Shown here piece by piece: positions 56,094 to 64,000 of a DNA stretch of 64,000 nucleotides. The notes beneath the pieces were generated by a model, which saw only the letters and a list, made by a program, of their open reading frames with translations, had not been told where the DNA came from and searched no databases. The first letter of the stretch is position 1, and every line of letters begins with the position of its first letter. The translations under genes and the position numbers were made by a program. Origin of the DNA: Bacteroidetes bacterium QS_8_68_28 (GTDB lineage: Bacteria; Bacteroidota; Rhodothermia; Rhodothermales; Salinibacteraceae); contig PXTS01000015.1 in NCBI GenBank assembly GCA_003022485.1, positions 753-64,752 of the forward strand, given 5' to 3'.

Positions 56094-57278
56094 CTACGAA
56101 GCAGGTTCGAGGGCCGGTTCGTTCGAAGCGTTGCTGGGCTCTGTTGAAAGCCCTCCGCGAGCAGGAGTTCGGAACGAGAGCATCTCGCCGGGCGCGACCA
56201 CGCGGAAGCGCTCGGCGAGACCCCGCCGCGCGGTAAGCGCGCGCAGCTCCTCGGCGGGGGCCTGCACCGTTTCCTCGGCCAGATCGAAGGTGCCCCAGTG
56301 CGTAGGCACGGCGCGGGCGGCTCCCAGCGCGTCGAAGGCACGCACGGCCTCCTCCGGTCCGATGTGGACCGGCTCCATCAGCGCGCGCGGCTGGAAGGCC
56401 CCGATGGGCAAGAGCGCCACGTCGGCCGGCGGCAGGCGCTCGCCGATCTTTTCGAAGTGGCTGCCGTCGCCGGTGTCCCCGCCGAAGTAGACGCGCACGG
56501 GCGCTTCGCCGGACGTCGGCGCGAGGCCGTTGGTGCCGGCTCCGTTGCCGGAGATTCCGTTCGCCCCGGCCCCGTCGCCCCCGGGGGGGTGGGCGTCGCT
56601 GCCGGGCGCGGCGGGCGCTTCGATCATCCAGCTGGCCCAGAGGGTGGAATTGCGGTCGAATAGGGAACGGCCTGAAAAGTGGCGCGCGGGGGTGCAGGTG
56701 AGGCGCAGCGGCCCGGCCTTGCCGCTCGGGGAGAGCGTGGCGCGCTGCCACCAGTCCAGCTCCACGATGGGTCCCACCCCCCACTCCCGTAGATGCGCGG
56801 CTACGCCCAGCGGTGCGAAAAAGGTCGGCTCGTGGCGGCGGTAGAGCGCCTCGATGCTTCGCTGGTCGCAGTGGTCGTAATGGTCGTGCGAGAGGACCAC
56901 CGCGTCGATCTCAGGCAGGTCGCGCAGCGCGAGCGCCGGGGGAGCCAGGCGGCTGGGGCCGGCAAACTGGACCGGGCTGGCGCGGCGGGAAAAGATCGGG
57001 TCCGTCAGTAGTGTAAAGGCGGGGGTTTGCACCAGCACGGTGGTGTGACCGATCCAGGTGACGCGCAGGCGCTCCGGGGGACGGCGCAGCGCCGCCGCGT
57101 CCGGGGTCTGGGCGGAGGGCGGCTCGTGCGTCTTGCCGTGCAAGAGACGCCGCGCCGACCACGTGAGCCCCTTCCAGATCGAGAGCGGGCGTGCGCGCTC
57201 GTCCTCGGGGTTTTGAAAGCCCCCCCGGCAGTGGTGCCGGCGGTGATGCCACGGAAGCGTTTCGGTCGTCAAGTTCAT
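56094..57278 (-). CDS. MBL-fold metallo-hydrolase (NAPE-PLD-like)
   Basis: 394 aa. Contains RVTWIGHTTVLVQTPAFTLLTDPIF, VVLSHDHYDHCD and FGGDTG. A low-complexity G/A/N insert (PPGGDGAGANGISGNGAGTNG) is present. Confidence 0.85.
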   Translation of the reverse strand: MNLTTETLPWHHRRHHCRGGFQNPEDERARPLSIWKGLTWSARRLLHGKTHEPPSAQTPDAAALRRPPERLRVTWIGHTTVLVQTPAFTLLTDPIFSRRASPVQFAGPSRLAPPALALRDLPEIDAVVLSHDHYDHCDQRSIEALYRRHEPTFFAPLGVAAHLREWGVGPIVELDWWQRATLSPSGKAGPLRLTCTPARHFSGRSLFDRNSTLWASWMIEAPAAPGSDAHPPGGDGAGANGISGNGAGTNGLAPTSGEAPVRVYFGGDTGDGSHFEKIGERLPPADVALLPIGAFQPRALMEPVHIGPEEAVRAFDALGAARAVPTHWGTFDLAEETVQAPAEELRALTARRGLAERFRVVAPGEMLSFRTPARGGLSTEPSNASNEPALEPAS

Positions 57279-57466
57279 GCGCAGGCAACAGAGGCGAGAA
57301 AGATTGATCGAGGGTGAAAGCGCAGTGCGGGGCTGCCAGGCAGCGCGGGCAAGCGGCGAAACCCTGTCATCGATTTTTGTGTTTACCTATGATGTAAAAA
57401 GTTGAATTGCAGCCGCCAGAAAACGCCGCCGGGGGCACTTGCCGCCGTCCCGGCACGCTTGCCGGG

Positions 57467-57500
57467 GCGCGTCGCTACGCTATGCGCGTCGCTACGCTAT
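57467..57500. repeat. Perfect 17-nt tandem duplication in a divergent promoter region
   Basis: GCGCGTCGCTACGCTAT occurs twice, between the MBL gene (minus) and the beta-CASP gene (plus). Confidence 0.9.
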
Positions 57501-57619
57501 GTCAGTAAGAAGAACAGACGATAGACGGAAGGTTCCCGGGGTTTTCCCGCAGTTCGGCATTTCCCGGTCCCGTCTGCTCTTTTTGTCACCTTCTTTCTTT
57601 TTCTTGCTTTTCCCCGCTC

Positions 57620-59038
57620 GTGCATTTCCTGTCCCTCGGGGCCGACGACGACATCGGCGCCAGTAGCCACTTCCTCCAGCTCGAAGACGCCGGGCTCGTG
57701 CTCGACGCCGGCGCCGATCCCTCCCGCGACGGCCCCGCCAGCGTGCCCGACTACGACCAGATCCGCCGTGCCTTTGGCCGGAACGGCGACGCGGGCGGCG
57801 TGGATCACGCGCTCATCACGCACGCGCATCACGACCACTTCGGCACGCTCCCGTTGCTGGTCGAGGCGTTCCCACACGCGAAAATACACATGACGCCGGC
57901 CACGCACCGCCTGCTCGAGTTCCTGCTGCCCGCCTCCGCGCGCCTCCAGAAGCGCCGCCAGGAGGAAGGCTCTACGCCGCACGCTCCCCTTTTTAGCGAA
58001 GACGACCTCCAGTTGCAGAGCAGCTTTTATCTGGACCACAACCTGCGCACTCCCTTCGACGTGAGCGGGTCGGGCGGCGAAGACGGCCCCGAAGGCACCG
58101 TCGAAGCGGAGTTTTTCGACGCTGGGCACATTCTGGGCTCCGCTGGCGTGCTGCTCCGGTTTTCCGAAAACGGCGACGAGCGCCGCCTCTTCTATTCCAG
58201 CGACACCAACACGGCCCCGCAGACGATCATTCCCGGCGGGAACTACCCCGAGGCGCCGGTGGACGTGCTGGTGATGGAAACCACCGGCGGGGCCGACCCC
58301 GAGGCCGAGCAGACCCACCGCGCGCTCGAAGAGGAACGCTTTTGCGCGGCCCTCCAGCGCACGATGGCGCGCGGCGGGGCCGCCCTGGTGCCCGTCTTCG
58401 TGATGGGCCGCGCGCAGGAGGTGCTCGCGCTGATCGACCGCTTCAAACGGCGCGGCGACCTCGGCGCCGACGTGCCCGTCTACACCGCCGGTTCGATGCG
58501 CGCCATCGCCGACCTCTACGACAAAACGCGCGAGACGACCCCGCGCCTCAACCCGGGATTCCGCGTCTTTGGCGTAGACCAGAAGAACCTGCCCTACGGG
58601 CGCGACAAGCTCAGGCGCACGCTCGAGGGCCCCGCCATCCACGTCGTCTCCAGCGGCATGATGTTCGGGCAGACCTTGTCGAACCGCCTGGCGCGCGACC
58701 TCGTGGGCGACCCCGACGGCGGCATCTTCCGCGTGGGCTACGCGGTCGAGGACTCCCCGGCGCGCCGCCTTACCGAGGCCGCCCAGAACGGCCAGACCGT
58801 CACGCTCCACGAGGAGGCCGGGGCGCAGGAGATCCGCGCGGAGGTTGAGCGCTTCCGCCTCTCCGGCCACAGCGACCGGCAGCAGCTCCTGGACCTCGCC
58901 GAGCGCCTTGCCCCCGAGAAGGTCGTTCTCGTTCACGGCGACGACGAGGCCAAGGACTGGATGGCCGCGCACCTGCACGAGCGCCTCCCCAGCGCGGAGG
59001 TGCTACGCCCGGCGCAGGGGGAAATCGTCGAAGCATGA
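57620..59038 (+). CDS. MBL-fold beta-CASP family RNA-metabolising hydrolase
   Basis: 472 aa, GTG start. Begins MHFLSLGADDDIGASSHFLQLEDAGLVLDAGADP and contains ITHAHHDHFGTLP and C-terminal beta-CASP-like SGHSDRQQLLDL. Confidence 0.85.
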   Translation: MHFLSLGADDDIGASSHFLQLEDAGLVLDAGADPSRDGPASVPDYDQIRRAFGRNGDAGGVDHALITHAHHDHFGTLPLLVEAFPHAKIHMTPATHRLLEFLLPASARLQKRRQEEGSTPHAPLFSEDDLQLQSSFYLDHNLRTPFDVSGSGGEDGPEGTVEAEFFDAGHILGSAGVLLRFSENGDERRLFYSSDTNTAPQTIIPGGNYPEAPVDVLVMETTGGADPEAEQTHRALEEERFCAALQRTMARGGAALVPVFVMGRAQEVLALIDRFKRRGDLGADVPVYTAGSMRAIADLYDKTRETTPRLNPGFRVFGVDQKNLPYGRDKLRRTLEGPAIHVVSSGMMFGQTLSNRLARDLVGDPDGGIFRVGYAVEDSPARRLTEAAQNGQTVTLHEEAGAQEIRAEVERFRLSGHSDRQQLLDLAERLAPEKVVLVHGDDEAKDWMAAHLHERLPSAEVLRPAQGEIVEA

Positions 59039-59308
59039 GCCGCCCGTGTCCCACCAGCCCGTCCAGCAGCAACACCCCCACCCCGGCGATCAAAAACAGG
59101 CGGGGGCGGCGGAAGCGAAAAGATCGTGGCGAGACGTTTGGTACGCCCCCCACGCCGCCCGCCTGAAGAGTGCCGAGTGCCCCCCGAACGGCCGTGAGTG
59201 AACGAGCGGCGCGCGGAGTCACGCAGGCGCAACACTCGTCGTCGCGGCGGCGTGGGGCGGGAATGCGACCATCCGATTCTGCCTCTTCCCCATCTTCCCC
59301 CATTTCCT

Positions 59309-60727
59309 ATGACCTCAACTGCCTTTCGCGTCGCTGCGTTGCTCGCTGCGCTTTTTTCGTCTGTTGCATTGCCCGCTGCCCACGCGCAGGAGCCGCCGCC
59401 CGCACCGGAAGGCCCCTGGCACGGCACCATCGAGGTCGGCGGGCAGCAGCTTACGGCCATCTTCCGCCTGAAGCGTGGCAAGGACGGCGCCCTCACGGCC
59501 ACGATGGACGTGCCCCAGCAGAACGCCAGCGGCATCCCGGTCAGTAACGCGCGCGCCACGGCGGACTCCCTCCGGCTGGTGGTCGGCGCAATCGGCGGCG
59601 TCTTTGAGGGGGCACGCACCCGGAGCGGCTCCATCGACGGCACGTGGAAACAGAACGGCGTCACGGTCCCGCTCGTGCTCGAACGAGGCGCGCCGGAGTC
59701 GAGCGATACGACCGCTCCCGCCCGCCCGCAGACGCCGGAACCGCCCTTCCCTTACGAAACCGAGGACGTGCGCTTCGAGAGCAACGCTGGCAGTGTGGAG
59801 CTCGCCGGCACGCTCACGAGGCCCGAGGGCGAAGGCCCGCCCCCGGCGGTCGTGCTCATCAGCGGGAGCGGGCCGCAGAATCGCAACGGGCGCGTGGCCG
59901 GCCACGAAACGCTGCACGTCTTGGCCGACGCCCTCACGCGGCGCGGCGTGGCGGTACTGCGCTACGACGAGCGCGGCGTGGGCGAATCGTCGGGCACCTT
60001 CGCCGGGGCCACTACCGAGGACCTCGCCGCCGACGTGCGCGCCGGGCTCGACCTTCTGCGGCAACGCAATGATCTCGGGAAGGTTGGTCTCATCGGGTGG
60101 AGCGAAGGCGGAATCGTGGCACCGATGATCGCGGCGCGCTCCAGCACGGTGGACTTCCTCGTGCTTATGGGGGCGCCGGGCGTGCCCGGGAAAGCCCTCC
60201 TCCTGGAGCAAAGCGCACGCATCGCCGAAGCGCAGGGCGCCGCCCCGGCCACCCTCGACTCCATCCGCACCGCGCAGGACCGGCTCCTCTCGGCCGTGGC
60301 GCAGGCGCCAGACTCCGCAGAGGCGGCGACGCAGATTCGCCGGGTGCTCGGCGAACGGCAGAAGAGCCAGGAAACCATCGAGGCTCAGATCCAGCAGTAC
60401 ACCGCGCCCTGGTTCCGCTACTTCGTGGACCACGACCCGCGCCCGGCGCTGCGCAAGGTGGACGCGCCCGTGCTCGCGCTCTACGGGGCGAACGACCTCC
60501 AGGTACCGCCCCGGCAGAACGCGGCTCCGCTCCGCGAGGCCCTTTCCGGCAACGCCGACGCCACCGTCGAGGTGCTGCCGGGCCTGAACCACCTCTTTCA
60601 GCCTGCCGAGACGGGCCTGCCGAGCGCGTATCGCCGGATCGAAACGACCATCGCCCCGAAGGCGCTCCAGCGCATCGCCGGCTGGATCACCGAGCGCACG
60701 CGCAAGGACTCCGGCGACGCGCCGTGA
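59309..60727 (+). CDS. Secreted alpha/beta hydrolase
   Basis: ORF 59198..60727 trimmed to ATG 59309 (MTSTAFRVAALLAALFSSVALPAAHA signal). Contains VVLISGSGPQNRNG and the nucleophile elbow GLIGWSEGG. Confidence 0.85.
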   Translation: MTSTAFRVAALLAALFSSVALPAAHAQEPPPAPEGPWHGTIEVGGQQLTAIFRLKRGKDGALTATMDVPQQNASGIPVSNARATADSLRLVVGAIGGVFEGARTRSGSIDGTWKQNGVTVPLVLERGAPESSDTTAPARPQTPEPPFPYETEDVRFESNAGSVELAGTLTRPEGEGPPPAVVLISGSGPQNRNGRVAGHETLHVLADALTRRGVAVLRYDERGVGESSGTFAGATTEDLAADVRAGLDLLRQRNDLGKVGLIGWSEGGIVAPMIAARSSTVDFLVLMGAPGVPGKALLLEQSARIAEAQGAAPATLDSIRTAQDRLLSAVAQAPDSAEAATQIRRVLGERQKSQETIEAQIQQYTAPWFRYFVDHDPRPALRKVDAPVLALYGANDLQVPPRQNAAPLREALSGNADATVEVLPGLNHLFQPAETGLPSAYRRIETTIAPKALQRIAGWITERTRKDSGDAP

Positions 60728-60857
60728 CGGCCACGCGACGTAGCCGGAATGCCGGGGACGCCGTCGGAAAGCGGGATGTAGGACATGGGTTTGCGAAGGG
60801 GCGGCCGGAGAAAGGGAGCATGGAGAACTCCGGCGCAGGCGGTTGCAGGCTGAAGGG

Positions 60858-60915
60858 CCGCCGTCTGCCTCGGTCCGCCGTCTGCCTCGGTCCGCCGTCT
60901 GCCTCGGTCCGCCGT
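60858..60915. repeat. 17-nt perfect tandem repeat (3.4 units) ending 6 nt downstream of the stop of the membrane-protein gene
   Basis: CCGCCGTCTGCCTCGGT occurs three times, followed by CCGCCGTT. It lies in the convergent spacer. Confidence 0.9.
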
Positions 60916-60921
60916 TCTTTC

Positions 60922-61842
60922 TCAAAACTGCTCACTGATTCGCGCGCTGCGCGGGACGGCGTCGCCTTCGGGGGCGGGCTGCTCCTGGGAAGGGGGGTCT
61001 TCAGAAGCGGGCGCCGCCTCGGCAGAGCGCTCCGTCCACCACATCTCGACGAGCAAGGCTGCCGGCCCCACCAGGAAAAGCGCGTAAAACGGTGCGTAGA
61101 CGCTCTCGCCCAGCCGCAGGAGCATCTCCACGAAAGCGATGGCTACGGCCACGACCATCTCCCCGCGCTTCGAACTGACCGTCGTCTTCGGGTCGGTAAT
61201 CATGAAGAAGACAAAGAGCTGGTACATCGGCCCGGTGATCGGCGCGATCTCGGTCACGAAGGACGCGCCGGTAAATTGCGTGCGCACGAACGAGAAGACG
61301 AGGAAGGCAGCGACGTAGGCGGCGCAGATGTGGAAGCGCTTCAGGCGATAGAGCGTCACCGACCCGAGCATCCAGATCACCAGCATCGGCCAGACGTTGT
61401 TGCCCCACTGAATGCTCAGCGGCGCCACTGCGAAAGGCGCCAGAAAGAAGAGCGCGCAGATGCCGAAGTTGGACGGGTTCCACAGGTGGCGCCCCCGGTA
61501 GCGCAGGACGTACTTCGACATGATCGTCAGCAGGCTGCACAGCACGAACGGCCACAGAAACGGCGTGCGCACGAGGATGCCCACGCTGATGCCGCTGATA
61601 TAGGCGCTGGCCAGGTGCGGCCATTCCCCCCGAAAGATGCGGCTCAGTGCCATTTCTGCGACCACCGCCGTCCCGATGGCCACCGGCACCGCCGCGTAGC
61701 TCTCCAGGATGCCGTAGGAGAGGTGGCCGGCCAGCAGGATGCCGGTGATGAGCAGCGGCGCTGTGAAGCGCGGGTCGTAGCGAAATCCTTCGAACCACCG
61801 GGTCACGCCCGCGAGCGACGAGTAGCCTTTGCGTGTGCTCAT
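60922..61842 (-). CDS. Polytopic membrane protein, NqrB/RnfD-like
   Basis: 306 aa with ~8 hydrophobic segments. Contains HLWNPSNFG and FFMITDPKT, which resembles the conserved (F)MATDP(V)T motif of NqrB/RnfD. The tail is acidic. Confidence 0.75.
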   Translation of the reverse strand: MSTRKGYSSLAGVTRWFEGFRYDPRFTAPLLITGILLAGHLSYGILESYAAVPVAIGTAVVAEMALSRIFRGEWPHLASAYISGISVGILVRTPFLWPFVLCSLLTIMSKYVLRYRGRHLWNPSNFGICALFFLAPFAVAPLSIQWGNNVWPMLVIWMLGSVTLYRLKRFHICAAYVAAFLVFSFVRTQFTGASFVTEIAPITGPMYQLFVFFMITDPKTTVSSKRGEMVVAVAIAFVEMLLRLGESVYAPFYALFLVGPAALLVEMWWTERSAEAAPASEDPPSQEQPAPEGDAVPRSARISEQF

Positions 61843-62074
61843 AACGGGGAAGGAAGAGTAGTATCGAAAAAAGGGGGGGTCCGCCGATGGTCTACAAGTT
61901 CGCTGGGGGATTGCGGTCCCGTTCCCCCCTCAGTGGGTTTTTGAGCATGTACCGGCGGGTGTTGCAGATTCGATGCGGTACGGTGGCTTTGAATTTCGTC
62001 CCTTCCACAGGCGTCAAGGAGGAGTAGAATGAGGTTTTTGCCCTTCGTCGTAGAAGAGGCGCCTCTATGGGAGA

Positions 62075-63907
62075 TCACGCCTCCCCGGACGCCTTCGGCT
62101 CGGTAACGGGGTGCACCGTGCCCGGTGCCGGCGCGTCGAGCGTCTGCACGCGGCCTGAGGGCCACTGAATCACCGCCTTTTCGACCTGCGCGCCCGTGCC
62201 GAGGCCGAAGTGGAGCGCCCGCTGGTTTTGCGAGCAGAACCCGCTCCCGCCCGACACGCTCTGCACCTGTTTCTGTCCGTTGTTCCAGTGTAGCGTCACA
62301 TGCGCGCCGATGGCGCTGCGGTTGCTGGCGCGCCCTTCGAGCCGAAAGGCGATCCACTTGCTGCCGGTATCGACACGGTTTTCGTACAGCAAAAGCGACC
62401 CTCGCTGGTGCGCGACAGCCGCGTCGATCGCGCCGTCTTGGTCGAAGTCCGCCAGCGCCACGGCACGCCCGTCGAGGCGGCGACCCGCGCCCACCGCCTG
62501 CGCGACCTCGCGGAACTGTCCCGCCCCGTCGCCCAGCCAGAGGCGGCTCCGCTGGTCGCCCGAGAGACTGCGCCCCTCCATCGCCGGCCAGTGGGCCGCG
62601 TCCCCGATAATCGCGCGGTTGCCACCGGCCACCTGCGAGAAGTCGTACCAGTAGCTCTCCTCGCTGTCCGTAGAGACGTAGCCATTGGTCATGAAGAGGT
62701 CGAGCGCGCCGTCGTTGTTGAGGTCACCGAATTGCGCGCCGTAGCTCCACCCGCCGAGTTCCACCCCCATCGCACCGGCGAGATTTTTGTATTGCGGCAC
62801 GCCCGCCGCCGTCCCCGGTGCCGAATCGGTCGGCGCGCTCGGCACCCAGAGGTTGTTGCCCTGCATCAAGACGCCCGGCTCGGAGATGTTGGTCACGTAG
62901 ACGCCCTGCCGCCCCTGGTTCATCACGTCGCCGAAGGCCACGTTCATTCCGCTCTTCGGCGAAAAGCCGATCCCTGCCTGCTCGCCGGCGGGCTGAAAGC
63001 GCTTTCCTTCCTTGTTAATAAACAGCTCGTCCACGCCGTAGTCGTTGGCGACGAAGAGGTCGGGATAGCCGTTGCCGGTCAGGTCCGCCGCCGAGGCAGC
63101 CATCGTCCAGCGGCCCGACTCGGGGCCGAGCACCTCGCGGGTCACGTCCTCGAAGGTGCCGTCGCCGCGCCCGCGCAGTAGGTACTTGCGCCCGCCGTTC
63201 TGCGCGTACTCGAAGCTGGTGGGCATGATGCGTGTGGTCTCCAGGTCCCACAGGTTCACGTCCTCGGCGTAGTAGCCGCCGAAGAAGAGGTCGAGGTGGC
63301 CGTCGCGGTTGTAGTCGAGCCAGGTGGCGGCGTTGACGTTGGCCCAGTCGGGCAGGCCCGCATTTTTCCGAGGCACGCGCGTGAACCCGTCGCCGCCGTC
63401 GTTGTGGAAAATCGCCGGTCGGCCCCACTTGTAGAGGAAGAGGTCTTCGTAGCCGTCGTTGTCGTAGTCCCCCCAGGCACTTCCCATCGAGACGCCCGTG
63501 CCCACCCGGTTCACGTCCGCCAGCCCCACCTCGGCGGCAACGTTTTCGAAGGCGCCGTCGCCCTGATTGCGATACAACGCGTTGGCCGTTCCGCGCCGGC
63601 TGTTGGTGACGTAGAGGTCCGGCCGCCCGTCATTGTCGAAATCCACGACAGACACGCCCGCCCCCATCGAGGCGACCTGCGGCATGATGTGGCTGAGCTT
63701 CTCGTCGAACTGCGGGGCTTGGTGCGTGAAGTCGAGACCTGCCTCGTCGGAGACCTCGCGGAGGTGAAAGCCGTAGCGCTCCAGCGACGCTTCGGCGCTG
63801 AGGCTGCCGTCCGATGACGACGCCTCGCCGCCGCCTCGCACGCGCTGGATGACCAGCGGCGTTGCCAACAGTGCCGCGAAAAGCGCAACCAGCAGTCCTT
63901 TTTTCAT
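62075..63907 (-). CDS. CRTAC1-family protein (FG-GAP/VCBS repeats + ASPIC/UnbV C-terminal domain)
   Basis: 610 aa with a signal peptide (MKKGLLVALFAALLATPLVI). Repeated DFDNDGxxDLYV / DYDNDGYEDLF motifs are present. C-terminal text is GSGFCSQNQRALHFGLG...IQWPSGRVQTL. Confidence 0.9.
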   Translation of the reverse strand: MKKGLLVALFAALLATPLVIQRVRGGGEASSSDGSLSAEASLERYGFHLREVSDEAGLDFTHQAPQFDEKLSHIMPQVASMGAGVSVVDFDNDGRPDLYVTNSRRGTANALYRNQGDGAFENVAAEVGLADVNRVGTGVSMGSAWGDYDNDGYEDLFLYKWGRPAIFHNDGGDGFTRVPRKNAGLPDWANVNAATWLDYNRDGHLDLFFGGYYAEDVNLWDLETTRIMPTSFEYAQNGGRKYLLRGRGDGTFEDVTREVLGPESGRWTMAASAADLTGNGYPDLFVANDYGVDELFINKEGKRFQPAGEQAGIGFSPKSGMNVAFGDVMNQGRQGVYVTNISEPGVLMQGNNLWVPSAPTDSAPGTAAGVPQYKNLAGAMGVELGGWSYGAQFGDLNNDGALDLFMTNGYVSTDSEESYWYDFSQVAGGNRAIIGDAAHWPAMEGRSLSGDQRSRLWLGDGAGQFREVAQAVGAGRRLDGRAVALADFDQDGAIDAAVAHQRGSLLLYENRVDTGSKWIAFRLEGRASNRSAIGAHVTLHWNNGQKQVQSVSGGSGFCSQNQRALHFGLGTGAQVEKAVIQWPSGRVQTLDAPAPGTVHPVTEPKASGEA

Positions 63908-64000
63908 GGCGCAACGTCTTGTTTCGTCGAAAGGCCTGTGCTACCGGTTAAACGACGTTGCTCCGAGAGAGGGAGAGAGGGTAGAGGGTCTTTGGAACGC

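Noticed and set aside
60858-60915. Considered whether the tandem repeats (here and at 15622, 38668, 50796) could be CRISPR arrays.
   Set aside because: The units are contiguous with no unique spacers, are only 13-19 nt long, have at most 4-5 copies, and there are no cas genes in the window.

Overview
High-GC (about two thirds G+C by eye), gene-dense chromosomal segment with roughly 57 protein-coding genes on both strands. I see no rRNA, tRNA, CRISPR array, transposase, integrase or phage genes. Content is mostly housekeeping: clpB (partial), two M16 peptidases, a cobB-type sirtuin, leuS, bshB1, efp-accB-accC, gcvH, guaA, bamD, nadD, a GH3 enzyme, an NhaC-family antiporter, phhA, acyP, prmC, htrA, aroC and two sensor kinases. 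There is also a minus-strand glyco-cluster (methyltransferase, GT4, aldo/keto reductase, GT2, unknown 355-aa protein, sulfatase). It is followed by gyrB, a CBS protein, hflX, thpR, an LbH GlmU-like protein, two MBL-fold proteins, an alpha/beta hydrolase, an RnfD/NqrB-like membrane protein and a CRTAC1 (ASPIC/UnbV) protein. The gene set, acidic protein composition and AT-rich SD-poor leaders suggest a halophilic Rhodothermales/Salinibacter-like member of Bacteroidota (inference only). The only canonical accessory module is a HepT/MntA (type VII) toxin-antitoxin pair at 29.6-30.4 kb. Three things do not fit ordinary annotation. (1) gyrB, tadA and the GlmU-like gene each lack a short internal block that is normally strongly conserved (catalytic in gyrB and tadA); gyrB and tadA also change frame at the junction, and a DUF1640-like small gene is frameshifted. 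(2) A 30-nt copy of the GlmU-like 3' coding end recurs 383 bp downstream. (3) Intergenic spacers are built from recurring low-GC word-like elements: a ~70-nt cassette that abuts two (weakly three) start codons, a 21-nt CAGCGAGCGAAGCGAGCGGAC family (6 copies), and many 13-19-nt tandem duplications, mostly perfect, at gene boundaries. I did not find a convincing self-contained novel multi-gene system. The spacer elements and the disrupted essential genes are what I would follow up first. Start codons were set by hand from the ORF track and may be off by an alternative start.
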